Positions 49,604 through 61,913 of a stretch of DNA of 64,000 nt are shown in pieces. The notes below the pieces were generated by a model. The model searched no databases. It was given only the letters and a program-made list of their open reading frames with translations, and was not told where the DNA came from. Origin of the DNA: Cirrosporium novae-zelandiae (taxonomy: Eukaryota); the NCBI GenBank assembly GCA_026023565.1, contig JAPETS010000001.1, positions 558,001 through 622,000 of the forward strand, written 5' to 3'. The number at the start of each line of letters is the position of its first letter. Positions within the stretch are counted from its first letter, which is position 1. A program made the position numbers and the translations under genes.

Positions 49604-50448
49604 TCAAGAATATATACCCCTCACCTTAATCACAAAGATATATAGTCTCATTAGGAGACATGCCCCTGGTGAGTCCAACCTTCCTTTTCCGCCTCCCCCT
49701 TCGATTAGCCCACTAGCTAATCTTTCAAATGCCTTAAGCATTGTCTCCTCTTGACTATTATTTCGGGTTGATGTGGGCTGGTCCCCCTCCCGGTGGGGAT
49801 GGGACGCCATCATGAAACAAGGGCAGACCACCGTAAGTTATTACAACAACATTTTATTATGACCAGAGCTGATAGCTTGATAGTGAGAGGCTCCCGGAAT
49901 CATCAAGAATAGCGAGGTCGTCGTCGAGCCTAAGAAATCGACCATCCCGTTCCTGCCGAGATTTTGGAGAAGGCCACCAGGACAGCTGCTGCAACCAAAC
50001 AACCATCGTTTGGGCTGACCCAAGGGATCTCGAAGGATCTTCTTCTAATTATACAGGAGTTCATTCTCTGGGCACATGGGTGCAGATGTGCCGGCCTGTT
50101 GAGGGAGAGGTCATTGCGGCGAAGCACTGGGTACCAAAAAGAAAAGTAAATATCGGCCATTTGCTCCGATGATAGAGCTGAAAAGTCTTCACTTGTGGAT
50201 CTGCGATCCAACCATCTGTTCATAAATGATTGGGTTAGGCATAGCTTGTTGGCTTGAGCTGGGTTCACCATGCCTTCTTACTAGCTGGTTAAGGACAGCA
50301 GATAAGGCCTTTTGGGTTTGGCGCCTATACAGACGCCACGTGTTGTGGGTCTATCTGTCGTGGGTACTTTGGGGGCCTTTTAACTGGCCCATGGGGGTGG
50401 TGGTGCGGCCAAAGAATAACATCTAGCAAAGCTTCAGTTGCTCAGCAT
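49604..50448 (-). pseudogene. Putative degenerate orphan ORF
   Basis: Track ORFs 49930-50271, 49841-50023 and 49604-49831 join into two long frames from ATG 50448 if the TAA/TAG/TGA stops are read as CAA/CAG/CGA; one frameshift near 50040; no recognised family. Confidence 0.35.
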
Positions 50449-50585
50449 GGCAATACCGTTGGCAAACACTTCGCATCTATTGTGTAAGTTTGTCCTTCCT
50501 GCCTTCCTAATATTCTGCTCACAAAAATGTCTCAGCCCATCCAAATCCCACCCACCAACGACCTTTATTTCGGGAGCAGAAGGTC

Positions 50586-51254
50586 ATGGAGGCCTCTGTC
50601 GAAGCCCCTATCAACGCCTCTATCAATGCGCCTTTGCAAACAGAACTCGTCCCTCGGACACCGCGAAATTTCTCCAGGAAGCTATCCCCACCCGCTACCA
50701 TCAGCGAACGAAGACTGAACAAAGATCTTCCAGCCATCAATACACAGATCAACAACCAATACCCCGAGACTCGCCTCCAGTCTCCCGGATGGACTCCTCC
50801 ACCCACACTAGAGCCAAACTTTGTGGACACACATAGCATTCCTGGTATGACGGCGATGGTGGATGCCTTCGTTCAATTAAGAAGCGACTTTGTCACAATC
50901 AACGCAACCAAGTGCAACTTTCGCGACGACAACATGAAATTGCAGCGAGCGCTGGAAGCAAAGGAAAATGAGACCGAGATTGCCCGAGAAAGGTATTACG
51001 ATCTTCTTGGGAAGTTCAACCGATTGACTCGGAGTGCGAATCAAGTCTTAGACTTGGCGCATGAGCTAAAGAATGAAGTCGAAGCTGCTTATGAACGACA
51101 CGGAGAGCCTTTGCCGGCCAAGTTCCAAGAAAAATATCGGCTGTGCACTAACTTTGATGATGCACTAGAGGTGGATGATGAAGGATATGTTGCTGATGAG
51201 GTGAGGATGGACTTGCTATCGGAAGTGCACGGAAGACAGAGCGATATCCTTTAG
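50586..51254 (+). CDS. Hypothetical protein, Pro/Ser-rich N-terminus plus coiled-coil C-terminus
   Basis: Intact 222-aa ATG-initiated ORF with heptad-like segment (DNMKLQRALEAKENETEIARERY...LAHELKNEVE). Confidence 0.6.
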   Translation: MEASVEAPINASINAPLQTELVPRTPRNFSRKLSPPATISERRLNKDLPAINTQINNQYPETRLQSPGWTPPPTLEPNFVDTHSIPGMTAMVDAFVQLRSDFVTINATKCNFRDDNMKLQRALEAKENETEIARERYYDLLGKFNRLTRSANQVLDLAHELKNEVEAAYERHGEPLPAKFQEKYRLCTNFDDALEVDDEGYVADEVRMDLLSEVHGRQSDIL

Positions 51255-52453
51255 ATTTCCATTGGATTTTGTGGGGATGTTGTGTATATATAGCTTATCA
51301 AATAGCTTAGCAATAAAAACCATTTGTACCTCAGCCGCCATATGGCGTGCGATCATCTTCAGGTGTTCACGGAGAGGAATGGGTTGTGGCGGGATTATTG
51401 ATACAGTACACCCGAAGTTGCAATTCCCTTATATATCCGATCAATATACAAAAGCTGTCAGCATTATATACACAATAACCAATCAGAATGATGATGATTC
51501 ATTTTATTGTCCATATGTCGCCTCTAGGCTATGACGGACATAACCGATCAGAATAAATTATATATCACCTCATTTTACCTAAAGTCTTTACCCCTGCAAA
51601 TGTTAACGGTCGTACTTCGTTATCTCGTCCATCCATCTCAGTCCTATAAACCACGGTCAACATTGCTCAGATACAAAGGGATAATATTTCAATTATTTTC
51701 ATTCAAAGAAGCTGTCTGAATTTTGATCTGCCTATGCACATTGGGGAATCTTTTGTTTTGCTCGCTTGCAATTCATGGCCATTATTTTCATCATAGACAG
51801 CGGTGAACTAAAGGAAATAACCCAATCAGATTACCAGGTTGAGATACCAAGGTACCTTGCCACCTGAAACAGAGGGTTTGGATATTTATATTGTGATTAG
51901 GGGGAAGAACGCGATGTCCCGAGGTACATGTACCTTAGAGAAGGCAGAGAATGCCATCTCTGTTGCGGAGGGACCGGATAGGCTCCCCAAGTCACGAAGT
52001 AAGGTTGACTGATGAGTGGCCAGAATTAATGGGAGCGCAATATCCTTGACGGATCCCCAGAAAGAAAAAATGCGGAAGTTCAAAGAAACATGTTATCGTT
52101 CTTTTCCGACCGTGAGAGAAATCATGAGAAATCTTTAAACCATACGATCATCCGACCATAATCATCCATGGATGATCTTAAGCATAAGCAACGCCGTTCT
52201 TTCCACCAGACGCCTTGTGTGCTGTGTATCGCTGCAGCTGTATGCATATATCAACTGAACACTCAAAGCCAACTGGGAATAAAGTAGCCTGAAGAAAGAA
52301 GAAACATCCAGACGGCTTCAGAGGAATAGCCAAGTTACCCACAAAGCACTACTTTGCAGCCTGATGTCCTGTGAAGAAAGAAAGAGATTTCATCCAAGGT
52401 AAATAAGTTGAAAGAAGAGCCCGGATTCCCCATCAATATTCACAAACAAGAGT

Positions 52454-55400
52454 CTAGTGGCCAGGACCCTTCTTCCACAAAAGAAGGTCAGCCAGACTTT
52501 CCAAAGGACAGCCATGGCGGAGAAACGACTGCTGAAGGAGTTCTGCGGCAGTTGCACGAGACTTGACATCAACGCACAGACAGACACTTAAGAACGCTTT
52601 TAGTTCCTTTGACAGGGACTCTGGAGACTTGAGGCGTGGGGTTCCATTAGTGGCAATCAAGAACAAGGCTTTGAGAGGCTCCTCGTTGAGATATGGGGGC
52701 TCTCCTTCAATCATCTCAATGGCCATAATTCCAAGAGACCAGATATCAACCTTGGCACCATATTCCTTCTGCTTGACAACTTCTGGGGCCATCCAGTATG
52801 GAGTGCCAACCATTGTTGCACGCTTATTTTTCTCTTCTGTGAGCTTAGCACAGAAACCAAAGTCGGCTACAAAATGGTCAATAAATGTTCAAGATGCTTA
52901 ACAAAGATTTCAACATACTAATTTTAACATGGCCAAAACGATCCAGAAGCACATTGTCACTTTTAATGTCACGGTGGATAATGTTTTGGGTATGGAGATG
53001 CGCCAAGCCTTTGCATGTCTAGAACAATGTTAGCTCATATGCTGGAGATGATGGCTCGCTGTTACTTACTTCAAAGCAAATGCAGGCAATTTGGGGTTCT
53101 GTAATCTTGTCATTGTTATCAATAACATCAGTCAATGCACCTCCTTCCATGAACTCCATGACAGCCCAAAGCTCATTGTTCGATTCTTGAAGATATGCAT
53201 CCAGAAAGTTCACGATATTCGGATGCTGGGAATCTTTCATCACAATGATTTCATTAACCAGAAGTTCCTTCCTTGGTTGTGCACGAAGGTCCATTTGTTT
53301 GATGGCGACCTGAGCACGTGAGCCCATAGTTTGATACATTCCACGGGCAACTTCAGAAGATGCACTCTCCTTAATCCTGGCTACATAGACGGAACCGGAT
53401 GCGCCCTGACCAATCTTCTTCTGTTTAACATATGAATCCAGAGGATTTTCTTTTGATACCACCTCACGAAGCCTCTCCATGACTTCACTCTCAGTCATGC
53501 TCGACATCCGTACCTCCTTCTTATGGCTCTGGGCTGGCTTCTTCTCTGGAACTGGTTGTGGTTTTGATACTCCATTAGAGCCTCCGTGGGAACCTCCATG
53601 AGTATGACTTGAAGAAGCTTGAGTGCCATTGTGAATGGGAGTACCATTCGCCTGTTTCGGGGTCATTCTTAGTGGTGGAGGTTTAGCTGCATCACCAGGG
53701 CCGGGAATACGACTTGGGGCTGCTTGGTTAGAAGCATTAGCTGGCATCCGTGTGTGAGATTGACTATGCCCACTTGGAGTATACTGTGGACCACGCATGT
53801 TTCCGGGCTGCTGTCGTGGCTGCTGGCGCAAAGATCCAGTGTTCGCATCATGAGAAGATTGATTCGGTGCTGGAGGTGCTGGGCGCTGAGCTTGTGGAGC
53901 CTGGCGAGAAGACGAACTCTTGTTGAGATTGAGTGGGGAAGGAGCTTGACGAGTTTTGTCAGAGTTTGGAGCTGCAGGGGCCGCACGACTGGGATGAAAG
54001 CGCATAGTGGTCTTTGGAGGATCGCCACCACCTCCATAGCCACCAAGTTCTTGTTTTGCGATGGGAGTACGCGTCTGAGGGATCGCTGAATTGTATGCCG
54101 AAAGGTCTTCCTGGTTTTGAGCTTCCTCTTGCTCGCGAATTCGTTGTTGTTCACGTTCTCGCTGCTCGCGCTGTTCCTGGATTTTGCGTGCCTCTTCCTC
54201 CATCCGGCGACGCATATCCTGTTCATTTTGCTCTCGTATGCGTTGAGCATCATTTTGGCGATATGCATCTGCCTGGGAACCTTTGCGCTGCTGCTGAGAA
54301 ATGGGTGTGGATGGACCAGAAAGGGGAGTTCCTGGACCATACTGGCTTCTTCCTGAACTGCCTGTGTCAATTCGCTGGAGAGCCTGGGGTGGTGGAGGCC
54401 TTGGTGGTGCAATGGATGCTCCGTAGCCCAATTGCTTATTCTGATTTGGACCAGCAGTTGGGGTGGGAGTGAGGCTCGAATATGTCTCTGGTTCTGCGGC
54501 ACGACGCTGAATATCTGAGTAGAAGTTGAGCACTTCAATGACCGCAGTAGGATTCTGCTTGTAATCCTCCTTGGTCAATGCCGAGGCTGTTAGCAACTTC
54601 TCCCACTCTGGTGGCAGGCCGACAAAGGCTCCAGTGGTAGGATCAAAGTTCACATGAACTTGATGATTGAAGTTGGTAGGATTACTCACGCCGCCCATGC
54701 TTGGACAACGTTGATATATGGAGTCGATCCAACCGTACAAGTCATCTTCATTTGTGACCTGGCAGATAACAACTTTTGTTGGTAGATCACGATTGAGCAT
54801 GCTGACAGGAGAAGTTACCAATCTCGGATCTGCGACACGGACAACTTGAAAGGCCAGCGCGACATCATCACAACGAGAGACACCTGTTACATCTTTCAGA
54901 TTGACTGTCAAAGTGACCTTTCCATTTTCATTTTTCAGAAAAGTCAGATCATGTTGACGAAGTTGGAGAAACTTGTTCTTCCATGTTGCCATGAATCCCT
55001 CCTCCTTGCACCTTGCATATCCCTGTTTAACTATTGCAACCCCACCAAGCCCGAAAGCATCACGACCGCCAGGACGAGAAATCGGGGTAGTCGCACTTCG
55101 CATGGGAAGACTTCCAACAGAACGCATCGCATCTGGAGACGCCATGGGAAAAGAAGGCAGATTGGTTTGACTTGCATAAGCAGGAACAGGATTTGTGCGT
55201 GTCCTTTCCATAGGAGGGCGTGGTGCTGGGCCAGGGTTCATGAACTGGTCCGGTCCATAGATACTGTAACAAGAACGCCGTCAGTCAATTTACCACACAA
55301 GTCAATCAGTGACACGTTACTATTGTTTCAGATGTCTAGAACCAGGAAATGAATTCAGTAGAAGGGCAGCTGTGGTTGTATATGTATATATATTGCTGGC

Positions 55401-55486
55401 AAACAACCGAAAGGCTTCCCACAATTACCGCAGAGAGGAAACAAATAAAGTGCTTGGTAAACTTACTGGGATGATTGAGATGTCAT
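52454..55486 (-). CDS. CLA4: PAK kinase Cla4 (PH, CRIB/PBD, kinase)
   Basis: PH domain, [77 protein letters not shown]. Start inferred at ATG 55486 via a phase-2 donor at 55466. Confidence 0.95.
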
Positions 55487-58400
55487 TTTGACTGAAGTAT
55501 TCGAAATTCATGCGACTTCAGAGCTACCAACAGATTCTTAGTTTCCGCTCTTCATGCTCAGACTAGTTTCGAAATACTCACCAAGAGACGTTGGACTGTC
55601 AGTAATCTTCCGCCAAATCCAATTTGAATTAATATGGGAGGCGGTGTGGTGAAGGATTATAATAAGGTCCTAATTTATATTTGCCTCTGATGCCTGAGTG
55701 TCAGTGGTTTAAGAGTTCAGGAGAAGGCATGAAGTGAGTGTTACTTCACGAGTGGAGGAGGCTTGAAGGGCCACTCCCGAAAGGCAAGATCTTGGAGACG
55801 AGAATGTCAGGCTCAGTAGCGAACAGAACAAAGATGCTCCGATAACAACTAGAAACCTCCAAAAGCAATGAGATTGTTGGATATGGGTTTCGGTGTTGTT
55901 GATAAATGAGTTGAGAGTTGAGCTTCAGTCGGTCGAGGTGAGCGTTGAATCAAGATTCAGAGGGCCAAACCAAAAAAATGGCCAAAACCGGCACTAAGTT
56001 TCGCGTAGTTCCCTTCAAGAATCGGTGTGTCCTTGGAGGGAGGACACTTGATGGTCGGCGTTTAATAAGGCCAAAATATTAATTGATGTTATTACTCTGA
56101 TCAATTGTAAGTTAGGGAAACAAAATAAAAAAACAATCTATTAGAGTATTCTTGTCTAAATTCAGAAAGGAGGTACAGGTACACCGTACTGTGGTTTACA
56201 AGGCCGGAATTAAGGGAACTGCCGAAGAAATCATTCCCCCCCAGCACCCCTCTCTCACTTTCTTTTCCCTCTTTTTTTCTCACTGTCTCTCTCCCAGGAT
56301 TTGATGGATGGATTGAGTGATTAAGTGGTTGGAGCGATTGCCAATAAACGGTAGGCATGACTGGGCATGACAATGAAATGCAAGGATAAGGCTGAAAGTG
56401 CCCCTAATCAAGTCATCTAACCGGTGGAACAAGCGACAACGTGCTAAAGTGGTCTAATCCCTCACTATCCTCCCGCTAAGATATCTCAGATATCAAACTT
56501 GGACTGTGCGAATCGGTCTGGATACCCTTGCTACGAATAAATACCCCTAGGGAGATCGATCCTCTTCTGAAACAACTTGACTATGCGCCCCTTGATAAGT
56601 ACTTTCTACCTAAGTAGTAAGTACATAACTCTGGAAGCCTTCGAGAATCTTTTCGGCTGATGATATATTCACTATTTACAAAGTACTTGCTTAGGTACCT
56701 CCCTAAGAAATTAACTATACACAAAGAGGTTTAGGAGAGATATCTTCTGGACACGTAGATACAGATAATTAATGTAAAAAAGGTCCCTTCCTTCTCCCTT
56801 TGGTCCCAAGGATCCGAGCGTGCCAATGATCAGGGGTTCGTTACCAATGTTGGTTCCTTGCTTTGTATTTGTACATCAACCCCACCATAATACCTGTTAT
56901 CGTCAATTGAGTCCTTTTGAATATCTTTTTCGGTTGCCTACATCCCTTATTACCTCCAAAGTTCTCTGTGCTAGATTTCTTTTTTAATATGTTGGATGTA
57001 ATAGGTATTTGGATGAAGTGGATGGTTAGTTACAAGGGGTCTAAGTAGCGTGATTCAGTGTCATTTCTATCCAGCACCGAAAGTGGCATGACTTGATGCT
57101 ATTGAAACTTTCTTTCCAGGTAATGGACACTATTTTATTTATTTTCCTATTATCATCAAGCTATACGTCTCTCCACGACGAAAACAGACTCGTATAACCA
57201 ATGGCAATGACAAGGGTGGGATTTGGAATACAATAATAATCAGGGTCAAACAGCCAAGCTACGGTAATTCTGCAGCTATGATGATCTGCAGTAATTTGGA
57301 GCATGTGAGTTTTCTATCAATTTTGGCCCTTGGACTCTTGGTCCACTAACTAATCGGGTACTATTATAGCCATCTCCACTACTTAGAGCTACAAAATCCC
57401 AACGTTGCCCGAGAAAAGACCAGTACGAATTACTGGCCACCTGAAACTACCATTGAGATGGAATTATGCAATATTTTGAATAGCGCAGGAATGAAGAAGC
57501 TAAAGTCGTCATTTTTCCAACCGTGATATTCTTTGGCACCAGTTGTATTCTTTGCGCCGATCAACACAATGGAAGGGGCTGGGATAATTTGGATTGTACT
57601 TGAAAGAAAAGAACAGACCAAATAAGAAAGCAAGCATCGGATACAATACGTGGATAAGCAATGCTTTGCAGATACTGGAATGAGTCTACTTCCAACAACC
57701 TTGGCGATAAAAGAAAGGTTAAGTAGAGCACAAAATACGATAGTTGGGATACGTTGACACCGACCAATGTCTCGGATAGCATTGCAAAAAATGGTAGGGA
57801 AAGGGGTTTACTCGGTTTCTAATCCCCTACAGATACAGATCTCAAGCTTCCAAGTTCTCGGGACACGAAACATTGTGTGATGCGATGTGCCTCGTGGTCG
57901 AGCCCCATGTGCTTGGATTTGCCTTCAGTGATGTCGCACTTGAACCTTTTCCTTTTCTAAATATGAACCAGTCATTTCATCCAAGACAGTGACAACCTCA
58001 TAATATTCAGGAACTACACCTAATTGGCCAGCAGAATCCTTCAATTTGAAGCTCAAGCTTGCTCCAATACAAAATACACCAGCAACATAGAACACCAACG
58101 GCCACATCTCTCACTTACAAACCACCAGCCAGGACTCCTTTGGGATACATCCAGTACAAGTCTTCCATTCTACCAGTTTTCTCCCAGCCCCAACCTTCAT
58201 GTGAAGTGGCGATTCTCACTCATTGCATCGTCCTGGCTTTGCTTAGTGCCTCGGCGCTGCCAACTCAATTTCAACATCAAAACTATGAAAACCCTAGGGA
58301 AGAGAAGAGAGATCACTACTACTAAGACCCCCCAGCCCCTGATTCCTTCTCTCTACTACCTATCCTATCCATGAGCATACTACCTACAAAAAAATAGTCA

Positions 58401-59397
58401 CACTACTAACGAAACGAACGAGCGGGACATAATATTAAATCACGAACAAAACAATATTTTTTCCCCGAAGCTTTTCGCTTTAATAATAGCAATTAAATTA
58501 TAAATCATATCCCTATATCGCCTAATGAACAACACATACATACACACATACATACATGACGTACTTCCCCCCAAAAAGGGTAGAACTAGAAACAAAAACA
58601 AAAAACAAAAAACAAAAAACAAGATCTACAGTACAAAGCAATCCCTCCCTATTCACAAAACAGACAGCACATCTTATGTATTATATATACGCAAAGGGTC
58701 CCAAACCCAGAACCCCAGACCCCAAACATAGGTAAATAGATGGGTAATTAGCGTACAGCTTACTTACTTCCTTACTTCTTATTTACTTACTCACTCTACT
58801 TCTTTTATTCAAAAAACACCCGCAAGTCTTTAGAAGGTACTGGGGATCTGGTTGTGGCATGGGCATGTATGTGTGTGTCAGTATTGGTATTCATTGTTAT
58901 TGTACAAGGGGATAAGTGATAAAGGGGGGATTAATGTAATATGTGTGTATGTGTGTGTGTGTGTGTGTGTTGGTTTGAATAAAAGGAAAGGAAAAGGGAT
59001 TTTTATGGGTTATGGGTACATGGGTATAAGGGACTGTACACTAGATTAAGAAAATGGGTGAATTGATGAAACAAAGAAAGAGCTCCTCCTTTAATAATGA
59101 TGATTCATTTTCTTTTTTATTGTCCCGCATGCATGCCCAAAGCCTTCTTTTATTTTAATAAATACGGAAAGAAACTTGGAGTTTTTTTTTTGGTTCATAC
59201 AATATTTATATCTCATTGCCATGTATATTAAATATGGAATAAGTTTCACGGCAATGAATTCATGAGACTAAAAAGAATAAAAAAGAACTAGACAATCTGT
59301 ATTTGACTCCATCTAGTTTTTTTTTTCATACCACCCATCTACCCCTCTATCATTCTAAACAAATTGATTATAGGAGAAGAAGAGATGCATCTAGTCT

Positions 59398-59453
59398 CAC
59401 CTATTACCTTAGCCCACCTATTACCTTAGCCCACCTATTACCTTAGCCCACCT
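59398..59453. repeat. 17-bp minisatellite (CACCTATTACCTTAGCC) x3
   Basis: Three perfect copies plus a partial fourth, just downstream of the Pos5 stop. Confidence 0.95.
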
Positions 59454-59549
59454 TACATCCCTCTCCCCATAAAATAAGAGCGTAAACCGCTGTTTATCCT
59501 TTTACGCTACCACATCTAAGCTTCCTCCCCATATTAATTCTTGCTTCTT

Positions 59550-61063
59550 CTAGGGAGATGATTCCCTCCCCTCCTCCCCAAACGGATAATTAAACTTCAG
59601 CAACCCATTCAATCCCCCCACCCAAGCATCATCCCCACCGACATCTGTAACTCCATCGCTCACCTGCGACCCCCGAACAATGCAGGGTATCCCACCCACA
59701 TATTCCCCGCCATTCCCATTCTCCACTTTTATTTCTTCTCCTCGGACCCGCAACTCCATGCCCACGCTCAGACCCATCCGCTGTGCCACACCGTCGATGG
59801 AGACCTCGACTTCCTTGGCCCGGTTTTTCTCCGAGAGGCGGAGTGTGATGACGGTGTTTGCGGGGAGGACGAGGGGACGGAAGGAGAGGGAGCGGGGACA
59901 GATTGGGGTGAGGAGAAGAGATGGGACTAGTGGATGGACTATGCTTCCTCCGCTTGATAAGGAGTAGGCTGTGCTCCCTGTGGGCGTGCTTACGATCATT
60001 CCGTCTGCCACCGCTTCTGTTAGAAACCTGCCGCCGACAGAAACGTCGACGATGGCGAGATGGGGGTCACGGCCGCGATGAATGTTTACTTCGTTCATGG
60101 CGTGGATGTCAGAAAGGGACGAGGTGGTGATGTTGGGGTTGCGTGGGGAAGAGGACCCAAGACCGATGCGGCCACCTGAAGAGTCAAAGGTACCAACTTT
60201 GAGACGCTGGCGGAGGAGAATGCGTGCCGAACGAGAGGAACCAAGGGTTTTGCCTCGAAGAGAGGACCAACCTGATGTTGTGGTGGTGGTGTCAAGAGCC
60301 ATGGATTCTTCGGAAGTGGGTGGAGTCGTCGAGGTGGATATGGAGGTTGAGGTACTGGAGCTGTTGATATTATTCGAGTCATCATGAGCATATTCCATCG
60401 CAGATGCTCGATCAGGAGCTAGTCCAGATCCACTCATATACACTTCTCGAAATGCCCGCTTATACTCGAAGAACTTGCATTCCCCTAAAAAGCCCAACGT
60501 TCCCATCCCAAAGGTTAATATGGGGGGAACGGAAGAGGTATTCGCAAAAAGCGACGATGCGTGTAAAATGGTGCCATCACCGCCAAAGGTCGCTGTCAGG
60601 TCGACTTTGTCATGAAAATAAGATGGTTCATCTGGCAAGGTTGTGTAGATAGGGAAATCAAAAGAGGTATGGATGTCAAATGCAACCCTAGGCTCGAGGA
60701 TAATAGATATGGGAGTATATGTTCTGTGAATGTGGTTTGCAAACTCAACCAAGGAAGCTGTGACTTCTTTGACGCCTTCTTTTCGAACAAGGAGAACATT
60801 TCTTGGAGGAGAAGGCCATTTTAGAGAGAGAAACTCATGCTTTTGAGTGTCTGGGCATCATGAATGTCAGTATTTCATGTTTGTATATGCTTGACGGTTG
60901 GTGTTGAGAGAATGGGGTCACGCACACCTTCGTAAGTTGGTCGTAATCGATCAGGAAGCTGGCTTATATCCTTGATCTCAAAACGAGCCATGGTACATGA
61001 AAAAAGGCGTTTAGGGAAATAAATATGTCGATAGGGTGTAGCTCTCCTCAGAAAGGTCCACAT
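59550..61063 (-). CDS. POS5: Mitochondrial NADH kinase Pos5
   Basis: Arg-rich presequence-like exon 1; intron 60927-60851; GGDGTIL, MGTLGFL, AMNEV, ADGMIVSTPTGSTAYSLSSGG, PICPRSLSFRPL, WVGGLNGLLKFNYPFG. Confidence 0.92.
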
Positions 61064-61913
61064 GATTGCGATGGTTTGGACTTATATCCACCATGGCTGA
61101 TCAATCCCTTTGCCCTAATTTGTTTTTCTGGGCTGATAGGGTGTCAGTACTAGCTAGGTAGAGGCTGAAGGATTCTTTGATTGATCAGCCAGTCAATCAG
61201 TCCATGTTGCATGAACCCTCAAGCCCACGGAACATGATTACCAGAGATTAACTACTGTGGTACAGGTAATAGATGATGCCTTATAAGGATGCCTTACAGC
61301 GCCTAAGGACAAAATCATTTTCTAGTTGGACCCTTAACTATTGGCCTGTGCAAGCCTTTCAGAGCTCCCCACTCGGTTACTTGGGTACCTAGGTACAGTA
61401 CCTAGGTAGTTGGGTTAATTATCTAATAATTATGTCCTTCGGTGTATCAGTTGGCCTTTTCCCGCCCCCCGTTTGGGTGCCTCGTTCCCCCAGCTTCTGC
61501 ACCTTAAGCCCGCTCAGGCCCTCCTACTTTAGCCACTTCGTTGGTTACTACTTCCCCCCCCCACCTCCCACTGACCTCACAAACAACCCTCCGCCCCTAG
61601 CCGGAAAACTACCCAGACATCAAGCATTTACTTGGTTTGAATTTTGCTCTTGTGAGCAGATTCAACATTATATGAAAACTTTTACCGGATCTGAACCTAC
61701 CGAGATCATGTGTTCTTACTTTCTCATCGTTTCCTAGTACCTAACCCCTAGTTCCTTTCTTCCTCAGGACATGCTCCTAAGGCGGTATCAGACACCCTAT
61801 CGCTCCTCTAGGCAGCAGGTTTTGCCGTTTACCTATTTACAGATAACCCCTTTTTACTACCAAGTTATTCCTTCGAGATTCCATTTCGAAGGTTTTAGAC
61901 ACGATAATACCAA

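Noticed and set aside
49190..49645. Hydrophobic 151-aa F/L/S-rich ORF
   Set aside because: Explained by a long C/T-rich tract; no recognisable family.
56100..58050. Possible degenerate gene(s) between CLA4 and POS5
   Set aside because: Only short ORFs, with no motif or consistent frame I could support.
59398..59453. 17-bp direct repeats as a CRISPR-like array
   Set aside because: Contiguous tandem copies with no spacers, in eukaryotic DNA.
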